Below, piece after piece: positions 60,241-64,000 of a stretch of DNA of 64,000 bases (its first letter is position 1; each line of letters opens with the position of its first letter). Both the position numbers and the translations under genes were made by a program. This DNA is from Sphingomonadaceae bacterium (GTDB lineage Bacteria > Pseudomonadota > Alphaproteobacteria > Sphingomonadales > Sphingomonadaceae), in assembly GCA_947477745.1 (NCBI GenBank), contig CANJUF010000006.1, positions 29,424 through 93,423 on the forward strand, read 5' to 3'. Under the pieces are notes generated by a model. The model was not told the DNA's origin. It worked only from the letters and a program-made list of their open reading frames with translations, and did not search any database.

Positions 60241-61779
60241 TCACCGCTCCTTGGTCGCCGAGAACGCCAGCTCGGGGTTCTTTTCCTGCTGGTAGCCAAC
60301 GTCCCAGGCCGACCGGGCCATAAACACCGGGTCGCCGTCGCGGTCCTTGGCCAAGTTGCCCTTGTTGAAACCGGCAAAGTCGCGCAGCGCCGCTTCGGGA
60401 CCACTGATCCAGCGCGCGGTGTCGAACGGGGCCATCTCCAGGACGGCCTCGACCTTGTATTCCGCCTCGAGCCGCGAGACGAGCACTTCGAGCTGAAGCT
60501 GGCCAACCACGCCGACGATCCACTGCGCGCCGATCTCGGGATAGAACACCTGGATCACGCCTTCTTCCGAGAGATCGTCGAGCGCCTTCCTGAGCTGCTT
60601 GGTCTTGGTCGGGTCCTTGAGCACCACGCGGCGCAGAATTTCCGGCGCGAAGTTGGGCAGGCCGGTGAAGCGTACCTCGTTCTTTTCCGAAAGCGTATCG
60701 CCGACCCGCAAGGTACCGTGGTTGGGAATGCCGATAATGTCGCCGGGCTGCGCGGTGTCAGCGATCTCGCGGTCCTGCGCGAAGAACAGGATCGGCGAAT
60801 GGACCGCCACCGGCTTGCCGAGGCCCGAGGGCGTCAGCTTCATGCCGCGCTTGAAGGTGCCTGAAACCAGCCGCATGAAGGCGATCCGGTCGCGGTGCTG
60901 CGGATCCATGTTGGCCTGCACCTTGAAGATGAAACCGGTGACCTCGTCGCGCTCGGGCGCGATCTCGCCGCTCTCGCTGGGCTGCGGGCGCGGCGGCGGC
61001 GCATATGTCGCGATGGCGTCGATCAGCTCGGCGACGCCGAAATTCTTGAGCGCGGAGCCGAAATAAACCGGCGTCAGGTCGCCGCTACGATAGGCATGGA
61101 GATCGAACTCGGGATAGCCGACACGCGCCAGATCCACTTCCTCGGCGACGTCGTCGGGCAATTCGGGGGTGGCGTCGACCTTGCCAAGGAACTCGCGGCT
61201 GTCGCCTTCGGGTCGACTGGCCATGCCGGTCGTCAGGTCGAGCACGCCTTGGAACAGCCCGCCCATGCCAATCGGCCATGATTGCGGGCTGACATCGAGC
61301 GCGAGCATGTCCGCCACTTCGTCTAGCACGTCGAACACCGGCCGGCCTTCGCGGTCCACCTTGTTGACGAAAGTGATGATCGGCACCGACCGCAGACGGC
61401 AGACCTCGAACAGCTTGCGGGTCTGCGGCTCGATGCCCTTGGCCGCGTCGATCACCATGATCGCCGAATCGACCGCGGTGAGGGTGCGGTAGGTGTCTTC
61501 CGAAAAATCCTCGTGGCCCGGCGTGTCGAGCAGGTTGAAGGTGATGATGCTTCCGTCAGGATTGGGCCGCTCGAAGGTCATCACGCTTGACGTGACCGAA
61601 ATGCCGCGCTGCTGCTCGATCTTCATCCAGTCCGAGCGCGCGCGCCGCGCTTGACCGCGCGCTTTGACCTCGCCGGCAAGATGGATCGCGCCGCCCTGCA
61701 GCAGCAGCTTTTCGGTAAGCGTGGTCTTGCCCGCGTCAGGATGCGAAATGATCGCGAAAGTGCGGCGTTGGTTGGCCAT
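60241..61779 (-). CDS. prfC: Peptide chain release factor 3
   Basis: RRTFAIISHPDAGKTT, SDWM, LLDTPGHEDFSEDTYR, FKVQANMDP.HRDR. Confidence 0.97.
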   Translation of the reverse strand: MANQRRTFAIISHPDAGKTTLTEKLLLQGGAIHLAGEVKARGQARRARSDWMKIEQQRGISVTSSVMTFERPNPDGSIITFNLLDTPGHEDFSEDTYRTLTAVDSAIMVIDAAKGIEPQTRKLFEVCRLRSVPIITFVNKVDREGRPVFDVLDEVADMLALDVSPQSWPIGMGGLFQGVLDLTTGMASRPEGDSREFLGKVDATPELPDDVAEEVDLARVGYPEFDLHAYRSGDLTPVYFGSALKNFGVAELIDAIATYAPPPRPQPSESGEIAPERDEVTGFIFKVQANMDPQHRDRIAFMRLVSGTFKRGMKLTPSGLGKPVAVHSPILFFAQDREIADTAQPGDIIGIPNHGTLRVGDTLSEKNEVRFTGLPNFAPEILRRVVLKDPTKTKQLRKALDDLSEEGVIQVFYPEIGAQWIVGVVGQLQLEVLVSRLEAEYKVEAVLEMAPFDTARWISGPEAALRDFAGFNKGNLAKDRDGDPVFMARSAWDVGYQQEKNPELAFSATKER

Positions 61780-61793
61780 GGTCGTTGGATCGG

Positions 61794-64000
61794 TCAGCCG
61801 CGCAGCGCCGCGCCGAGTTTTTCCGCCGCTGCGGTCACGCGCTCGCTGATCGCCTTGAGATCATCATCGGTGAAGCTTTTCTCGCCCGGCTGGAGCGTCA
61901 CCTCGACCGCCAGCGACTTCTGCCCCTCGGGAACGCCTGCGCCCGCGAACAGGTCGAACAGCCGCGCATCGACCACGCTCGTCTTGTCGGCATTGCGCAC
62001 CGCGCGGACCAGATCGCCGGCTGGCAGATCGGCGGGCACGAGGAAGGCAAAGTCACGCGTCACGCTTTGCAAGGCGGGCGGCGCATAGGCAGGGCGGGCG
62101 AAACCCGCGCCGTCCTTCTTCGCCGGGATCGCATCGACGAACATCTCCACCGCCGCAACTGGCCCGGCAATGTCGAAAGCCTTGAGCGTGGCCGGATGCA
62201 GCATGCCGAAGCGCGCCAGCACGGCCTTGGGTCCGAGCCGCAAAGTGGCCGACTGGCCGGGATGGAACTGCTCGCCTGCCTCACCCATCACTTGCAGCTT
62301 ATCGACCGGAGCGCCGGCCTCGGCTAGCAAGCCCAGAGCCTCTGCCTTGGCGTCGAAAGCGTCAAAGGTGGCCGCCTTGCCGCTCGCCCAGCCGCGCCGG
62401 GTCCGCTCACCTGCCAGAACGACGCCCAGCGCCGGGCGCTCATCGCTGCTGCCGTCGGCGGCGATGAAGTAGCGCCGGCCAAGCTCAAACAGGCGCAGCG
62501 ACGATGCGCCGCGATCAAGATTGCGCTTTGCCGCTGCGATCAGCCCAGGCAGCAGCGAAGGGCGCATCGCCTTCATGTCCTCGCTGATCGGATTGGCGAG
62601 AACCCACAAGTCATTTCCAGATGCGAAGTGCTCGGCTTCGGCAGTGGGCAGGAACGACCATGTCACCGCCTCGTTCAGCCCGCGCGCGGCAGCGGCGCGG
62701 CGCAGGCGGCGCTCGGTTATCTGCAAGCCGCTCGCGGTGGGGCGGGCAACACCGTCCGCACGCGGCAGGGCGACGCTTTCCACCTTGTCGACACCGTGAA
62801 TGCGCACGACTTCCTCGACCAAGTCGGCAGCGCCCTCGATATCGTGGCGGCGCAGCGGCGCGGTAACCTGCCAGTCGGTTGAAACATCGAAATCGAGCGC
62901 GGCAAGTATGCGGCGCTGTTCATTGTCGGCCACATCCAGGCCGCCCAACTTGCGGCACAGCGCCGGATCATAAGCGACCATTTTCGGCTGCGATGGCGGG
63001 GATCCCGCGCGCACCACTTCGCTCGCCTCGCCGCCGCATATGCGCAGAATGAGGTCGGTAAGGATAGCGAGACCTTGATCCAGAAATGCCGGATCCACGC
63101 CGCGCTCGAAGCGGCTTCGCGCATCGCTGGCGATGTTCAGGGCGCGGCCGGTCGCGCCGATCCGGTCGGGATCGAAATAGGCGATCTCGAGCAGCACATC
63201 GCTTGTCGTCTCGCTGCAACCCGAATGCTCACCGCCCATGATCCCGGCGATATCGTGGACGCAGCTATCGTCGGCGATCACGGTCATCTCCGGGCTGAGC
63301 GTGTAAGTCTTTTCGTTGAGCGCCAGCACCTGCTCACCGGGCGAGGCCCGCCGGGCGACTACCGCGCCATTGAGCGTGGCAAGGTCATAGGCATGAGCAG
63401 GCCTTCCGAAGGCGAGCATCACGTAATTGGTGATGTCGACCAGCGCCGAAATTGGCCGCTGGCCCGCCGCAGAGAGCCGCGCCTGCATCCATTCGGGCGA
63501 AGCGCCGTTGCTCACGCCGCGAATGACGCGCCCGTAGAACGCCGGGCAGCCTTCGGGATCGTCGGTGCGAATCTCCACTGGACAAGGGAAAGTACCCGCC
63601 AATTCAGGCGCCGAGAATGGCTTGAACGTGCCAAGCCCCGCTGCCGCGAGATCGCGGGCGATACCGTAAACCCCCATGCAGTCCGGCCGGTTGGGATTGA
63701 CCGAAATGTCGATCACCGGAGACGCGCCGTGGTAATCGGCGAAAGCCGTGCCCACCGGCGCATCGGCGGGCAGTTCGATGATCCCGTCATGATCGCCGCC
63801 CAGCTCGAGCTCGCGGGTCGAGCACATCATGCCGTTCGATTCGACGCCGCGCAGTTCGGCCTTCTTCAATTGCATGCCATTGGCCGGAACCACCGCTCCG
63901 GCCACGCCCAGCACGCCTTTCATCCCCGCGCGCGCGTTGGGCGCGCCGCAGACCACCTGCAATGCTTCGCCAGTACCCGCATCGACCGTGAGCACTTGAA
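61794..64000 (-). CDS. pheT: Phenylalanine--tRNA ligase beta subunit (5' end outside window)
   Basis: VCGAPN, GMMCS, NRPDC, DITNYV, RFERG, NPIS.DM..MR.SL, RDFAF, FDLF. Confidence 0.97.
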   Translation of the reverse strand, partial: QVLTVDAGTGEALQVVCGAPNARAGMKGVLGVAGAVVPANGMQLKKAELRGVESNGMMCSTRELELGGDHDGIIELPADAPVGTAFADYHGASPVIDISVNPNRPDCMGVYGIARDLAAAGLGTFKPFSAPELAGTFPCPVEIRTDDPEGCPAFYGRVIRGVSNGASPEWMQARLSAAGQRPISALVDITNYVMLAFGRPAHAYDLATLNGAVVARRASPGEQVLALNEKTYTLSPEMTVIADDSCVHDIAGIMGGEHSGCSETTSDVLLEIAYFDPDRIGATGRALNIASDARSRFERGVDPAFLDQGLAILTDLILRICGGEASEVVRAGSPPSQPKMVAYDPALCRKLGGLDVADNEQRRILAALDFDVSTDWQVTAPLRRHDIEGAADLVEEVVRIHGVDKVESVALPRADGVARPTASGLQITERRLRRAAAARGLNEAVTWSFLPTAEAEHFASGNDLWVLANPISEDMKAMRPSLLPGLIAAAKRNLDRGASSLRLFELGRRYFIAADGSSDERPALGVVLAGERTRRGWASGKAATFDAFDAKAEALGLLAEAGAPVDKLQVMGEAGEQFHPGQSATLRLGPKAVLARFGMLHPATLKAFDIAGPVAAVEMFVDAIPAKKDGAGFARPAYAPPALQSVTRDFAFLVPADLPAGDLVRAVRNADKTSVVDARLFDLFAGAGVPEGQKSLAVEVTLQPGEKSFTDDDLKAISERVTAAAEKLGAALRG

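Overview
A GC-rich core-chromosome segment from a Sphingomonadales alphaproteobacterium, probably Novosphingobium- or Erythrobacteraceae-like. The assignment rests on the acp-spt pair, the DUF3572/divK and gapR-DUF1244-pyk arrangements, and the GTA-locus flanks. The window holds about 65 mostly housekeeping genes (ruvAC, yebC, pyk, ftsK, ald, ptrB, pabB, arfB, dksA, spt, queC, hslO, argFD, glnK-amtB, prfC, partial pheT). I saw no rRNA, tRNA, CRISPR array or transposase. The notable signals are: (1) a candidate anti-Shine-Dalgarno (CCUCC-loop, cuckoo-like) small RNA in the 3' region of the sigma54-driven glnK-amtB operon; (2) a gene-transfer-agent (GTA) locus collapsed to small terminase, a terminase N-terminal half and a truncated DUF2793, behind a promoter with LexA-like and CtrA-like sites; (3) an in-frame fusion of a peptidoglycan-binding lipoprotein N-terminus (L,D-transpeptidase type) to a Kef K+/H+ antiporter; (4) six gene lesions in total (three deletion-type junctions, two nonsense codons including one in divK, one homopolymer frameshift), which could be real decay or assembly error; (5) RIME/CIR-like and CGTC-type palindromic repeats, a four-GANTC cluster before ftsK, an orphan degenerate RES gene, and an EF-hand/two-component operon with direct repeats. 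All family assignments come from motif recognition and recalled family knowledge; no database searches were run.
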